Assembly: GCA_963834385.1 (NCBI GenBank)
Contig: CAWIBO010000002.1
Span: 576,001-640,000, forward strand
From: an uncultured Verrucomicrobiae bacterium
Lineage (GTDB): Bacteria; Verrucomicrobiota; Verrucomicrobiia; Chthoniobacterales; UBA10450
DNA: 64,000 bases
Reading direction: 5' to 3'
Shown in pieces: positions 27,196 to 36,339 of this stretch. The notes beneath the pieces are model-generated. The model searched no databases and was not told where the DNA came from. It saw nothing but the letters and a program-made list of their open reading frames with translations. The position numbers and the translations under genes are program-made. The first letter of the stretch is position 1. The number at the start of each line of letters is the position of its first letter.

Positions 27196-28676
27196 TATAA
27201 TTCCAGGGGACGATTCTCGAGCGCGCGCCGGGCCACCTGCATATCGTCGAACGGGACGGTGTGGTCGGCGAATTCCTGGTAGTTCTCGTGGCCTTTGCCC
27301 GCGATGAGGACAATGTCGCGCGGCTGGGCCAGGGCAATCGCGCGGGTGATCGCCTCGGTCCGGTCCACCACCTTCTCAAAGCGATCGCTCCGGAAGCCTT
27401 GCGCGACCGCGTCCATGATCGCCTCCGGATTTTCCTTCCGCGGATTGTCGGAGGTGATGATGCTGAAATCAGCGTGCGTATCGGCCACCGCGCCCATAAG
27501 GGGCCGCTTCTGTTTGTCGCGGTCGCCGCCGGCGCCGAAGACGACGAGAAGACGGCGCGGCGCCAGCTCGCGCAGCGTTTTCAGGACATTGAGCAGGGCG
27601 TCATCGGTGTGGGCGTAATCAACGAAGACCTGGAACTGCCGGCGCGCCGGCACCATCTCGAGGCGGCCCGGTACCTGCGGCGATTTGCCAAGGCTGAGGA
27701 CCGCGTCGCGCACGTTGATGCCGAGCGCGCTCGCCGCCGCCAGCGCGGCCATGGAGTTGGCCACGTTAAAGCGCCCGATCAACGGCACGCGCACCAGGAA
27801 ATTGCGGCCGCGGGCATCGAGCTGGTAGGAGGTGCCGCCGAATTCCATGCGATAACTGGAGGCGCGAAAATCGGCGTGGACGCCCAGGCCGTAGGTGATC
27901 ACGGGAATGTTCTCGCCCTTGAGCCGGCGCACGAGCTGTTCCCCGTAGCGGTCGTCGAGGTTGACCACCGCGGCGGTTTTCTTCTTCAGGGTTTGCCGGC
28001 CGAGCGAAAGAAAGAGGCTGGCCTTGGCCTCGAAATATTTCTCCATCGAGCCATGAAAATCGAGATGGTCCTGGGTCAGGTTGGTGAAGATGGCCACGTC
28101 CCACTCGAGGCCGCGGACGCGATCCTGGGCGAGGGCATGGGAGGAAACCTCCATCGCCACCGCCTTGCAGCCGGCGTTGACCATCTGCGAGAGGAGTTCC
28201 TGCAGCTCGAGGGATTCCGGGGTCGTGCGAACGGCCGGGAGAAGGCGGTCGCCCACCTCGTAACGCACCGTTCCGATGAGCCCGCAGCGGAGCCCGGCTT
28301 CCGTGCAAATGTGCTTGAGGAGAAAGGTGGTGGTGGTCTTGCCGTTGGTCCCGGTGACCGCCGCCATCTTGAGGCGCTTGACCGGGAGCCGGTAAAAGCG
28401 ACCGGACAGGTCGGCCAGGGCCGCGCGGGTGTCGTCGACGACGATGCAGGTGGCGCGGGCGCGGGGTTCGGGGCGGGTGGTGACAATCACCGAGGCGCCC
28501 TTTTCGACGGCCTGCTCGATGAACTGGTGGCCGTCGGTTTTCTCGCCAGACAAGGCAACGAAGAGGGCGTTCCTCTGCACTCGCCGCGAGTCATACGCGA
28601 TGCTTTCCACTTCGCGATCAAGCGGGCCGAGGACTTCGCGAGGTGTGATGGCAGGAAGGAGGCTTTTAAGTTGCAT
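27195..28676 (-). CDS. murE: UDP-MurNAc-dipeptide--diaminopimelate ligase MurE
   Basis: TGTNGKTTT, MEVSSHAL, DHLDFH, VDYAHT, SDNPR (DAP-type motif), AGKGHE. Confidence 0.96.
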   Translation of the reverse strand: MQLKSLLPAITPREVLGPLDREVESIAYDSRRVQRNALFVALSGEKTDGHQFIEQAVEKGASVIVTTRPEPRARATCIVVDDTRAALADLSGRFYRLPVKRLKMAAVTGTNGKTTTTFLLKHICTEAGLRCGLIGTVRYEVGDRLLPAVRTTPESLELQELLSQMVNAGCKAVAMEVSSHALAQDRVRGLEWDVAIFTNLTQDHLDFHGSMEKYFEAKASLFLSLGRQTLKKKTAAVVNLDDRYGEQLVRRLKGENIPVITYGLGVHADFRASSYRMEFGGTSYQLDARGRNFLVRVPLIGRFNVANSMAALAAASALGINVRDAVLSLGKSPQVPGRLEMVPARRQFQVFVDYAHTDDALLNVLKTLRELAPRRLLVVFGAGGDRDKQKRPLMGAVADTHADFSIITSDNPRKENPEAIMDAVAQGFRSDRFEKVVDRTEAITRAIALAQPRDIVLIAGKGHENYQEFADHTVPFDDMQVARRALENRPLEL

Positions 28677-28710
28677 GGGGCGGAAAATGAAGCGGGCGGG
28701 CGCAAAGGGC

Positions 28711-30468
28711 TCAACGCTGTTCCGTAGCTGAGGCCACTCGTGCTGTCATCTGTTTGGCCAGCAATTGCTCGTCGGGTTCAAGGTCAAGGTAGCGGGCCGC
28801 TTTCTCCGCGATCCGGGCAAAGATCGGCGCCGCCACCGTGCCGCCATAATTCAACTCGGGTTTGTCGGTTTTGGCGTCGTCCAGCACCACCAGGGCGACG
28901 ATTTCCGGACGATTGGCCGGCATGAAACCGGAGAACGAAACAATGTATTTGCCCGGCACGTAGCCCCCTTTCCCCGCCTTTTGCGCCGTGCCGGTCTTGC
29001 CCGCGACAAGAAACCCGGGCACCATCGCCTCCTGGGCCGTGCCCCGGGTGCTGACGACGTCGCGCAGGGCGAGGTTGATCTCGCGCGCGGTCTGTTCCGT
29101 GATCACCTGGCGCAGTTCGGTCGGTTTGAATTCGCTCACGACCTTGCCCTCATTGTCGGTGATCGACTTGACCAGCCGGGGGGTCATCAGCTTTCCGCCA
29201 TTGGCAATGGCCGCCATCGCCACCGTCATCTGCAGCGGGGTCACCCCCACCTCGTGGCCCATCGGGATGCGCGTGATCGAGATCTTGCTCCAGCTTTGCG
29301 GCGGACGCACGATTCCCTGGATCTCGCCGGGAAGCTCGATCCCGGTCCGTTCGCCGAAGCCGAAGCGGCGGATGTATTCGTAAAACTTCTGTTCGCCCAC
29401 GGTCAGGGCCAGCTTGGCCGCCCCGATGTTGCTCGACTTGATCAGGACGTCGCGCACGCTCAGGGACCCGTAGCCATGGTGATCGTGCAGGGCGCGCCCG
29501 CCATAGAGCCAGCGGCCGTTTTCGCAGAAGATATAGTTGTCGGGCCGGACCTTGCGCTCGTTCAGGGCCGCCGCCGCGGTCACGATCTTGAAGGTGGAAC
29601 CCGGTTCCATCATGTCGATGATGGCCCGGTTCTTTTTCTGCTCGGGCTTTGCGGTGGACCGCTTGTTCAGATCGTAATGCGGCCGGTTGGCCATGGCCAG
29701 GATCTCCCCGGTCTGCGGGCGCATCAGAATGATGGTTGCTTTCTCCGGGCGATACTGGCGCACGGCGGCGTCGATCTCGTTCTCCACGATGTTCTGGAGA
29801 TTGAGATCGATCGTGAGCTGCACCTTGTAGCCGTGGCGCGGCGCCCGTTCCTGTCCGCGGTAAAGGACAATTTCCTGCCCGGCCCGGTTATGCTCGATGA
29901 AGCGGTAACCATCGTGCCCGTGCAGGTACTGCTCCATGGAGGCTTCCACCCCCTGGATGCCGCGATGATGAAAGTCGGTGAACCCGATGGTGTGGCAAAG
30001 CATGGAGCCGTTCGGGTAAACACGGGTGGAATCCCGCTCGAAGTAGATGCCGCGCAGGTTTCGCTCGCGCAGTTTTTGCCGCAACGCCGTCGCCACCGCC
30101 TGCGGCACTTCGCGCTGCAGGACGATGTAGCGCCGGTCGGTCCGGAATTTTTCCGCCACTTCCGCGGCCGGCAATTCGAGGGCTTCGCTCACGAGGGCGG
30201 CCACGGCCGGGGCATCGTTGATGTGGGTGGCGTCCGCCACCACCGTGGCCCCCGGCACGTTGTGCGCGAGCACCTCGTTGTTCGCGTCCACGATCGCGCC
30301 GCGGTCGGCATAGATCGTCTGCTTGTAGACGTGTTTCTCCGCCGCCCGCCCGGCAAATTCCTCGTGTTTAACGAGCTGGAGATAAACCAGGCGGAAGGAG
30401 AAAAGGCTGAAGAGCGCCGTGAAGGCGAGGCAAACCAGGGCGCAACGTGTCCGGCCGTTCCATTTCAT
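28711..30468 (-). CDS. ftsI: Division transpeptidase FtsI / PBP3
   Basis: RGAIVD, EPGSTFK (SxxK), SSN, GKTGTAQ. Confidence 0.93.
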   Translation of the reverse strand: MKWNGRTRCALVCLAFTALFSLFSFRLVYLQLVKHEEFAGRAAEKHVYKQTIYADRGAIVDANNEVLAHNVPGATVVADATHINDAPAVAALVSEALELPAAEVAEKFRTDRRYIVLQREVPQAVATALRQKLRERNLRGIYFERDSTRVYPNGSMLCHTIGFTDFHHRGIQGVEASMEQYLHGHDGYRFIEHNRAGQEIVLYRGQERAPRHGYKVQLTIDLNLQNIVENEIDAAVRQYRPEKATIILMRPQTGEILAMANRPHYDLNKRSTAKPEQKKNRAIIDMMEPGSTFKIVTAAAALNERKVRPDNYIFCENGRWLYGGRALHDHHGYGSLSVRDVLIKSSNIGAAKLALTVGEQKFYEYIRRFGFGERTGIELPGEIQGIVRPPQSWSKISITRIPMGHEVGVTPLQMTVAMAAIANGGKLMTPRLVKSITDNEGKVVSEFKPTELRQVITEQTAREINLALRDVVSTRGTAQEAMVPGFLVAGKTGTAQKAGKGGYVPGKYIVSFSGFMPANRPEIVALVVLDDAKTDKPELNYGGTVAAPIFARIAEKAARYLDLEPDEQLLAKQMTARVASATEQR

Positions 30469-30833
30469 CGTCCAGGTCGCTGGTTGGCCACGGGTTGAAT
30501 TTCATCCTCGCCCGCGCCCTGCATTTTCGGGCCAAGCCGGACAATGCTCGACTCCGGAATCGGCACCATCTTGAGGTAACCCTCCTTCAGCCGCCGCTGC
30601 AGGGCGGAACGGGAGGTCAGGGCCGCGATCTGCACGCTGGCGACGTCGTTCTGGCTGCGCAGGCTGGCCAGTTCGTTTTCCAGGGCCTTCTTCTGGTCGC
30701 CCAGCCCGTAAAGCTGCACGGTCAGGTAGACATAGACCAGGCCGGTCATGGCCAGGAAGGCGGTGATCAGGACCCAGCGGACAAGGGCGGCGGCGTCCAT
30801 GCTGTTGACGGGCTGGCGGCGGCTTCGGCTCAT
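30465..30833 (-). CDS. ftsL: FtsL-like cell division protein
   Basis: One TM helix plus a leucine-zipper coiled coil; positioned between rsmH and ftsI. Confidence 0.65.
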   Translation of the reverse strand: MSRSRRQPVNSMDAAALVRWVLITAFLAMTGLVYVYLTVQLYGLGDQKKALENELASLRSQNDVASVQIAALTSRSALQRRLKEGYLKMVPIPESSIVRLGPKMQGAGEDEIQPVANQRPGR

Positions 30834-31831
30834 CGGATTTTCTCCGCCACCCGCAGGCGGGCGCTCCGCGCCCGGGGATTCTGGCGCTGTTCCTGTTCAC
30901 CCGGCTCCACCGGCTTGCCTGTGACCAGGCGCACCCGGTAGTCGGGATTTGGCTGCGGCTCGGGCCACTCCGGCCGGTCCAAAAATTCGCGGCTGCGATC
31001 GCGCAGGAAATTTTTCACCAGTCGATCCTCCAGCGAATGAAAGGAGATGACCGCGATGCGGCCCCCGATCTCGAGGCGTTCCAGCAGCACTTCCAGGCCG
31101 GTGCGCAGCGCGCCCAGCTCGTCGTTCACTTCCATGCGCAGCGCCTGAAAAACCTGCGTCGCCGGATGCCGCCGCCCATGCCGCCAGACAATCTTCTCCA
31201 CCGCCTTGGCCAGTTGCACGGTCTCGCGGAACGGCGCCGCCTTGCGCAGCTTCACCAACTGGCTGGCAATGCGCCGGGCCGCCGGTTCCTCGCCATACTC
31301 ACGCAGCACGCGCGTCAGCTCCTCCTCGCTGTAGCCATTGACGATGTCGGCGGCGCTCAGGTCGGCGCGCGGATCCATCCGCATGTCGAGCGGCCCGTTG
31401 CGCATGATGCTGAAGCCCCGGTCCGCGTTTTCGAGCTGGCGCGAGGAAACCCCGAGATCAAGGAGGACACCATCCACCCGGGCCAGGCCGAGTTCGTCCA
31501 GCACCGTGTCGGCCTCCTTGAAATTGGCCTGCCGCAGGGTCACGCGGCGGCCGAACTCCTCCAGGCGTTCCGCGGCAAAGGCAATGGCGTCGGGATCCTG
31601 GTCGAGCGCGACCACGTCGGCCCCGGTGCGCAGGATCGCCTCGGTGTGACCGCCGCCGCCGAGCGTGCCGTCGAGGATGACCGAGCCCGGCCGCGGCGCC
31701 AGCAGCTCGATCGCCTCGTGCACCAAAACCGGTCGGTGATAAATGAAATCTTCCACTTCGGCAGGCGTCTCCTCGATTTCCAGCGGACCGGTCGCGAACC
31801 AGACCGGCCGTTCCCATAGTAAAGCGTTCAT
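30830..31831 (-). CDS. rsmH: 16S rRNA m4C1402 methyltransferase RsmH (MraW)
   Basis: HRPVL, DGTLGGGGH, DLGVSSRQL, LDMRMD, FQALR, SFHSLEDR, NPRARSA. Confidence 0.96.
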   Translation of the reverse strand: MNALLWERPVWFATGPLEIEETPAEVEDFIYHRPVLVHEAIELLAPRPGSVILDGTLGGGGHTEAILRTGADVVALDQDPDAIAFAAERLEEFGRRVTLRQANFKEADTVLDELGLARVDGVLLDLGVSSRQLENADRGFSIMRNGPLDMRMDPRADLSAADIVNGYSEEELTRVLREYGEEPAARRIASQLVKLRKAAPFRETVQLAKAVEKIVWRHGRRHPATQVFQALRMEVNDELGALRTGLEVLLERLEIGGRIAVISFHSLEDRLVKNFLRDRSREFLDRPEWPEPQPNPDYRVRLVTGKPVEPGEQEQRQNPRARSARLRVAEKIR

Positions 31832-31843
31832 GGCCGCGGTCTG

Positions 31844-32299
31844 CTAGAGGCCCACCAGGTTGGCAACATGCCGGTAGGTCGCGGTCTCCTCCTCCGCCGC
31901 TCGTTTCCAGCGCGTCAGGTTCCAGATTTCAAAACGTCCGCGGCCGCCGATGAGGGCGACCTCCCCCTTGAGATTGAGTTTGCGGCAAAGATCCTCCGGC
32001 AGGACCAGCCGCCCCTGCCGGTCGGAGGAGCCATGCTGCGCGTGCGAGTGCAACTGGCGCAGAAACACCCGGCGTTCCCGCGCCGGGACCGAGGGTTCGC
32101 TTTCCACCGCCGCGCTCACCCGGTTGAATTCCTCCGTCGGCATAAGGACGAGATATTGCTGCTGGGGCTCGGGCAGGATGATGAATTCCTCGCTCTCGCC
32201 CCGGCGCCAGCGCGCGGGGATGGTGATCCGGTTTTTTTCGTCGATGGCGTGACGAAATTCGCCGGCGTAGGAAAAGGTAGAAAAAGTATCGGAAGCCAT
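31844..32299 (-). CDS. mraZ: Division/cell wall cluster transcriptional repressor MraZ
   Basis: IDEKNRITIPARWR and DRQGRLVLP repeats; FEIW; first gene of the dcw cluster. Confidence 0.93.
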   Translation of the reverse strand: MASDTFSTFSYAGEFRHAIDEKNRITIPARWRRGESEEFIILPEPQQQYLVLMPTEEFNRVSAAVESEPSVPARERRVFLRQLHSHAQHGSSDRQGRLVLPEDLCRKLNLKGEVALIGGRGRFEIWNLTRWKRAAEEETATYRHVANLVGL

Positions 32300-32318
32300 G
32301 CGCCGGTGGGTTGTTGGA

Positions 32319-32361
32319 CCATTTTACTCCACTTCGGCCCACTTTTAACCACCAGCGCCAC
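32319..32361 (-). promoter_or_regulatory. MraZ-binding direct-repeat array
   Basis: Plus-strand CCAT/CCAC at 32319, 32329, 32339, 32349 (exact 10-bp period) and 32358, i.e. (G/A)TGG boxes directly upstream of mraZ. Confidence 0.8.
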
Positions 32362-32427
32362 CTGTGGTCAACACTATTTCCTCACTATTTGCGCCCCCTC
32401 GCGCCCCCCTTACTTTCCCCTCACCCC

Positions 32428-32925
32428 ATGCGTTTCCCTCTCGCTCTCCTCCCCCTCTTTGCCCTCGCCGTCGCGCCGCTCCCCGCGCAACTCCCCTACG
32501 CCGCCCCCGCCAACGTCATGCGGGTCACCGTCACCATGAACACCGACGGTTCAAAAACGACCTACGAGACCGACCCGGTGGCGTTCAAGACCACCGCCAC
32601 CACCACCGAACCGAACGGCGGGTTGCGCGGCCGCATTGTCTATCGGCTCGACGCCGCGGGCCGGTTCGCCGCCGGGGAAGTCTTTGGCCGCGACGGCCAG
32701 CTCCGCTTCAAAACGGTCTACAAGTATAATAGCGCCGGTCAGCTCGAGGAGGAGAAGCAGTTTACCCCGGAGGAGAAGTTGATCGGGCGGATTGTTTACC
32801 GCTACGACGCGGCGGGCAAACCGGCCGGCTACGCCTCGTTCGACGGCAACGGCCGGCCGACCGGGGGGTCCCCGGCGCCGGCGAAAGGGGCGGCGGGCTC
32901 GCCCCGGCCGGGTGGTCGCCGCTAG
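32428..32925 (+). CDS. Exported protein with short YD/RHS-like beta repeats
   Basis: Start at ATG 32428 with signal peptide; repeats YRLDAAGR, YKYNSAGQ, YRYDAAGK. Confidence 0.6.
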   Translation: MRFPLALLPLFALAVAPLPAQLPYAAPANVMRVTVTMNTDGSKTTYETDPVAFKTTATTTEPNGGLRGRIVYRLDAAGRFAAGEVFGRDGQLRFKTVYKYNSAGQLEEEKQFTPEEKLIGRIVYRYDAAGKPAGYASFDGNGRPTGGSPAPAKGAAGSPRPGGRR

Positions 32926-32979
32926 CCCGCCCGCTTCGCGGCTTGCTCCCCGGGGGAAAGGGGGCTAGAAACTTTTCGG

Positions 32980-33645
32980 ATGCTTGATTACATCCAGAAG
33001 GGCGGTCTGCTGATGTGGCCGATCCTGGCCTGCAGCGTCATCTCGGTCGCAATCTTTGCCGAGCGCCTTTTCTATTTTCATCGCGCCTCCATCCATGTGG
33101 GCGAGTTTTTGCAGGGTCTGGCCAACCTGCTTCGGCGCCGGAATTTTGCCGAGGCGCTGCACGAGTCGGCCGGAACGCCGGGCCCGGTGGCGCGGGTGAT
33201 CCACGCCGCCATCATCCATCACGAGGCGCCGCGAGGAGAACTGCGTGAGATTGTGCAGGAAGCGGGGCAACTGGAAGTGCCGCGGCTGGAACGTTACTTG
33301 AGCGTCCTGGCGACCCTGGCGTTTCTCACGCCGTTGCTCGGGCTCCTCGGAACCGTCTCGGGCATGATCGACGCCTTCAGCACCATCATGGCGCGCGGCG
33401 GTTACGCCACCGTGACCGAGCTTTCCGGCGGGATCTACCGGAGCCTGCTCTCGACCGCGGCCGGCCTGGTCGTGGCCACGCCCACCTTCGTGGCCTACAA
33501 TTATCTTTCCGCGCGCGTGAACCGGATGATGCACGACATGGAACGCGCCGGAATCGAGGTGGTGCATCTGCTCACGGAACGCGATCATCCCACGGACATC
33601 ATCTCCTTTACGCCCGCGCCGCGGGTGCGTGACGGGGAAAAATAA
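32980..33645 (+). CDS. exbB: MotA/TolQ/ExbB proton channel protein
   Basis: GGLLMWPI, PLLGLLGTVSGMI, STAAGLVVA. Confidence 0.9.
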   Translation: MLDYIQKGGLLMWPILACSVISVAIFAERLFYFHRASIHVGEFLQGLANLLRRRNFAEALHESAGTPGPVARVIHAAIIHHEAPRGELREIVQEAGQLEVPRLERYLSVLATLAFLTPLLGLLGTVSGMIDAFSTIMARGGYATVTELSGGIYRSLLSTAAGLVVATPTFVAYNYLSARVNRMMHDMERAGIEVVHLLTERDHPTDIISFTPAPRVRDGEK

Positions 33646-33656
33646 TTCCGGGGCGC

Positions 33657-34058
33657 GTGAAAATCGAACGCACAAGCCAGATTCATTTCGGCTGGCTCCT
33701 GCTGGTCCCGCTGATCGACATCCTTTTCCTGCTCATCGCCTTCCTGCTTCTCTCCTCGAACTTCCTTCTCCAGCCCGGCATTGCGGTAGCCGCCCCGGTT
33801 TCCTCCTTCCTGCTCGCCCCGCAGCCCAACCAGGAAATCATTTCGATCACCGGCGGCGCGCCCGCGGCAATTTACTTTCGCGACCAGCGCGTCACCACCG
33901 AACAGCTCCAACGCATGCTCGAGGAGACCCGCCAGGCCGGCCGGCCGGTCGTGATCAAGGCGGATCGCCTTGTCCCCTACGAGGAAGTGATGCGCATCAG
34001 CAACCTCGTCCTCTCGCGCGGGATCTCCTCGGTTTCCCTCGCCACCACCCCGCCGTGA
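33657..34058 (+). CDS. exbD: ExbD/TolR protein
   Basis: PLIDILFLLI TM helix with the conserved Asp; VIKAD..VPY. Confidence 0.88.
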   Translation: MKIERTSQIHFGWLLLVPLIDILFLLIAFLLLSSNFLLQPGIAVAAPVSSFLLAPQPNQEIISITGGAPAAIYFRDQRVTTEQLQRMLEETRQAGRPVVIKADRLVPYEEVMRISNLVLSRGISSVSLATTPP

Positions 34059-34834
34059 ATGCGCCCGCTTCCACGCCCCGGCCGGAAACGATCTTCCGCT
34101 GGGACCATCCGCGGCGACCCTGGGGCGTCGTTCTTCTTTTCCTGGCCGGCTCGCTCGCGGCCCACGCCTTCTGTTTTTATCTCTTCCGCATTTCCTATCC
34201 GCCGGCCATGCCGCTCCTGCCCGCGCCGGCCCGGCTGCAGGTGATCGACGGGAACACGGAGGAAGGCCGCGCCTTTCTTCGCTGGCTCGAAGCGGAGGAT
34301 CCGGCGCTTGCTTCCACCACCCTGCGGCCGCCCGGGCAGAAGGCCTTTGCTCTCCCCTCCCCGGCGCATCAACCCTCCTACGCGGGCCGTATCCCGTCGC
34401 TGCAACTCCCGGAATACGGCGCCGCCCCGGCCAGCGCCCGCCCCGATCCCTTCCCGCCGGGCCCGGTGCCGCGCCCTTCGCTTTCCCGTGCGCCCGCGCC
34501 GGTCGCCGGCCCCACCTCCATTCTGCTCGGACCGGAAGCCGGCGGAGAGCGCCGCCCAGCCGGTCGCGTTTTTGCCAGCGCGCACCCGGGCACGCCGGCC
34601 AACGCCCGCTTCCGCTTCGCCTTTGATAACCATGGGATCATCCGCCACATCTTTCGGGAGGAATCCTCCGGCGACGCCGCCCTCGACGAACAGGCCCGGG
34701 CGCTCCTCGTCGGGCTTCGCCTGCCCGCGTCCGCGCCGGGCCGGGAAACGCTCATCTGGTCGGAAGCGGTTTTCCTCTGGGGCAACGACCTCCAGCCGGC
34801 CCTGCCCGCCGCGCCACCGGTGGGGAAACCATGA
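34055..34834 (+). CDS. TonB/TolA-like energy transducer
   Basis: GTG start overlaps the exbD stop; TM helix with SLAAH (SxxxH); Pro-rich linker; C-terminal SSGDAALDEQA resembles TonB_C. Confidence 0.6.
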   Translation: MNAPASTPRPETIFRWDHPRRPWGVVLLFLAGSLAAHAFCFYLFRISYPPAMPLLPAPARLQVIDGNTEEGRAFLRWLEAEDPALASTTLRPPGQKAFALPSPAHQPSYAGRIPSLQLPEYGAAPASARPDPFPPGPVPRPSLSRAPAPVAGPTSILLGPEAGGERRPAGRVFASAHPGTPANARFRFAFDNHGIIRHIFREESSGDAALDEQARALLVGLRLPASAPGRETLIWSEAVFLWGNDLQPALPAAPPVGKP

Positions 34835-35070
34835 TTCCGGTCAGCCTTTCGCTGCTGGTGGCGGTTTACCTTTTCCTTTTCCTTGCGGCGGTTTTCCTCC
34901 TCTGGATATTCGACGAGTGGAACCGACGGCGGCACGAACGCCGGGCTCTTCGCTACCGATTGCGCTGCGTCATCTGCGCACTCGAGTTTGAAGATCGGTC
35001 GCCGGAATTGCTTCCGCGGTGTCCACGGTGCGGGAGCCTGAACGAACGTTTAAAACTGGAGCGAATTTAA
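34831..35070 (+). CDS. Small membrane-anchored zinc-ribbon protein
   Basis: N-terminal TM helix; CVIC...CPRCG; overlaps the upstream gene and ends 1 nt before guaB3. Confidence 0.7.
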   Translation: MIPVSLSLLVAVYLFLFLAAVFLLWIFDEWNRRRHERRALRYRLRCVICALEFEDRSPELLPRCPRCGSLNERLKLERI

Positions 35071-35071
35071 G

Positions 35072-36250
35072 ATGGGAATGTGGATCGGACGAAACAGAAA
35101 GGCGCGGGTCAGCTATGGCTTCGACGAGATTGCCCTCGTCCCCGGGCGCATCACGATTAACCCGAACGAGGTCAACACGACCTTCCGGATCCCCCGCAAA
35201 ACGGGCGACCCGCTCCAGCTCAAGATCCCGATCCTGGCCAGCGCCATGGATGGCGTGGTCGACGTCCGTTTCGCCATTGCCATGAGCCAGCTCGGCGGCC
35301 TCGCCGTCCTCAATCTCGAGGGCGTGCAGACCCGCTACAAAAACCCGCAGGAAGTGCTGCAAAAAGTGGTCGAGGCGGACAAGGCCGAGATCACCGCCCT
35401 GCTCCAGAAGATTTACCTGGAACCGGTCCAGCCGGATCTCATCGCCGCCCGCATCCGCCAGATCAAGGACGCCGGCGGCGTGGCCGCGGTCAGTTCCATC
35501 CCGCAGCGGGCCGACGAGTTCGGCGCCATCGCGCAGGAAGCGGGGGCGGATGTCTTCGTGGTGCAAAGCACGGTCTCGACCGTGAAACACATCTCCTCGG
35601 AGTACAAGTCGCTCGACCTCGCCAAATTCTGCCGGGAAATGCGCATCCCGGTCATTGTCGGCAACACGGTCGGCTATGACGTGACCTTCGAGATCATGGA
35701 ATGCGGCCCCGCCGCCGTCCTCATCGGGGTGGGTCCCGGCGCCGCCTGCACTTCGCGCGGCGTTCTTGGCCTGGGCGTGCCCCAGGTCACGGCCACGGTG
35801 GATTGCGCCGCCGCGCGCGACGCCTATTTCAAGAAGACCTCGCGCTACGTGCCGATCATCACCGACGGCGGCATGAGCAAGGGCGGCGACGTCTGCAAGG
35901 CGCTCGCCTGCGGCGCGGACGCGGTCATGGTCGGGAGCGCCTTTGCCAAGGCGCACGAGGCCCCGGGACAGGGCTATCACTGGGGCATGGCCACCCCGCA
36001 CGCCAATCTTCCCCGCGGCACCCGCATCAAGGTGGGGGCCACCGGGTCGCTCAAGCAGATTCTCTTCGGCCCGGCCGAGGTGGACGACGGCAGCCAGAAC
36101 CTGGTCGGCGCCATCACCACCTGCATGGGGAACGTGGGCGCCCGCGACCTGCCCGAGTTCCAGCAGACGGAAATCATCATCGCTCCCTCGATCAAGACGG
36201 AGGGGAAACTCTTTCAGACCGTGCAGAGCGTGGGGATGGGCACCCGCTAG
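35072..36250 (+). CDS. GuaB3-family IMP dehydrogenase-related protein (no CBS domains)
   Basis: YGFDEIALVP, ASAMDGV, GGLAVLNLEG, GPGAACTSR (catalytic Cys), ITDGG, HWGMAT. Confidence 0.9.
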   Translation: MGMWIGRNRKARVSYGFDEIALVPGRITINPNEVNTTFRIPRKTGDPLQLKIPILASAMDGVVDVRFAIAMSQLGGLAVLNLEGVQTRYKNPQEVLQKVVEADKAEITALLQKIYLEPVQPDLIAARIRQIKDAGGVAAVSSIPQRADEFGAIAQEAGADVFVVQSTVSTVKHISSEYKSLDLAKFCREMRIPVIVGNTVGYDVTFEIMECGPAAVLIGVGPGAACTSRGVLGLGVPQVTATVDCAAARDAYFKKTSRYVPIITDGGMSKGGDVCKALACGADAVMVGSAFAKAHEAPGQGYHWGMATPHANLPRGTRIKVGATGSLKQILFGPAEVDDGSQNLVGAITTCMGNVGARDLPEFQQTEIIIAPSIKTEGKLFQTVQSVGMGTR

Positions 36251-36339
36251 GAGAGGAAACGCGGGTCCCGGCCGGGGCGCCGGGCGACCTGCTTTTGTTC
36301 ATTGAATTTGCGCCCCGAGCATTGAACCTTGGCCTCGCC

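Noticed and set aside
32428..32925. RHS toxin
   Set aside because: Only ~165 aa with a few YD-like repeats; no RHS core, toxin domain or immunity gene
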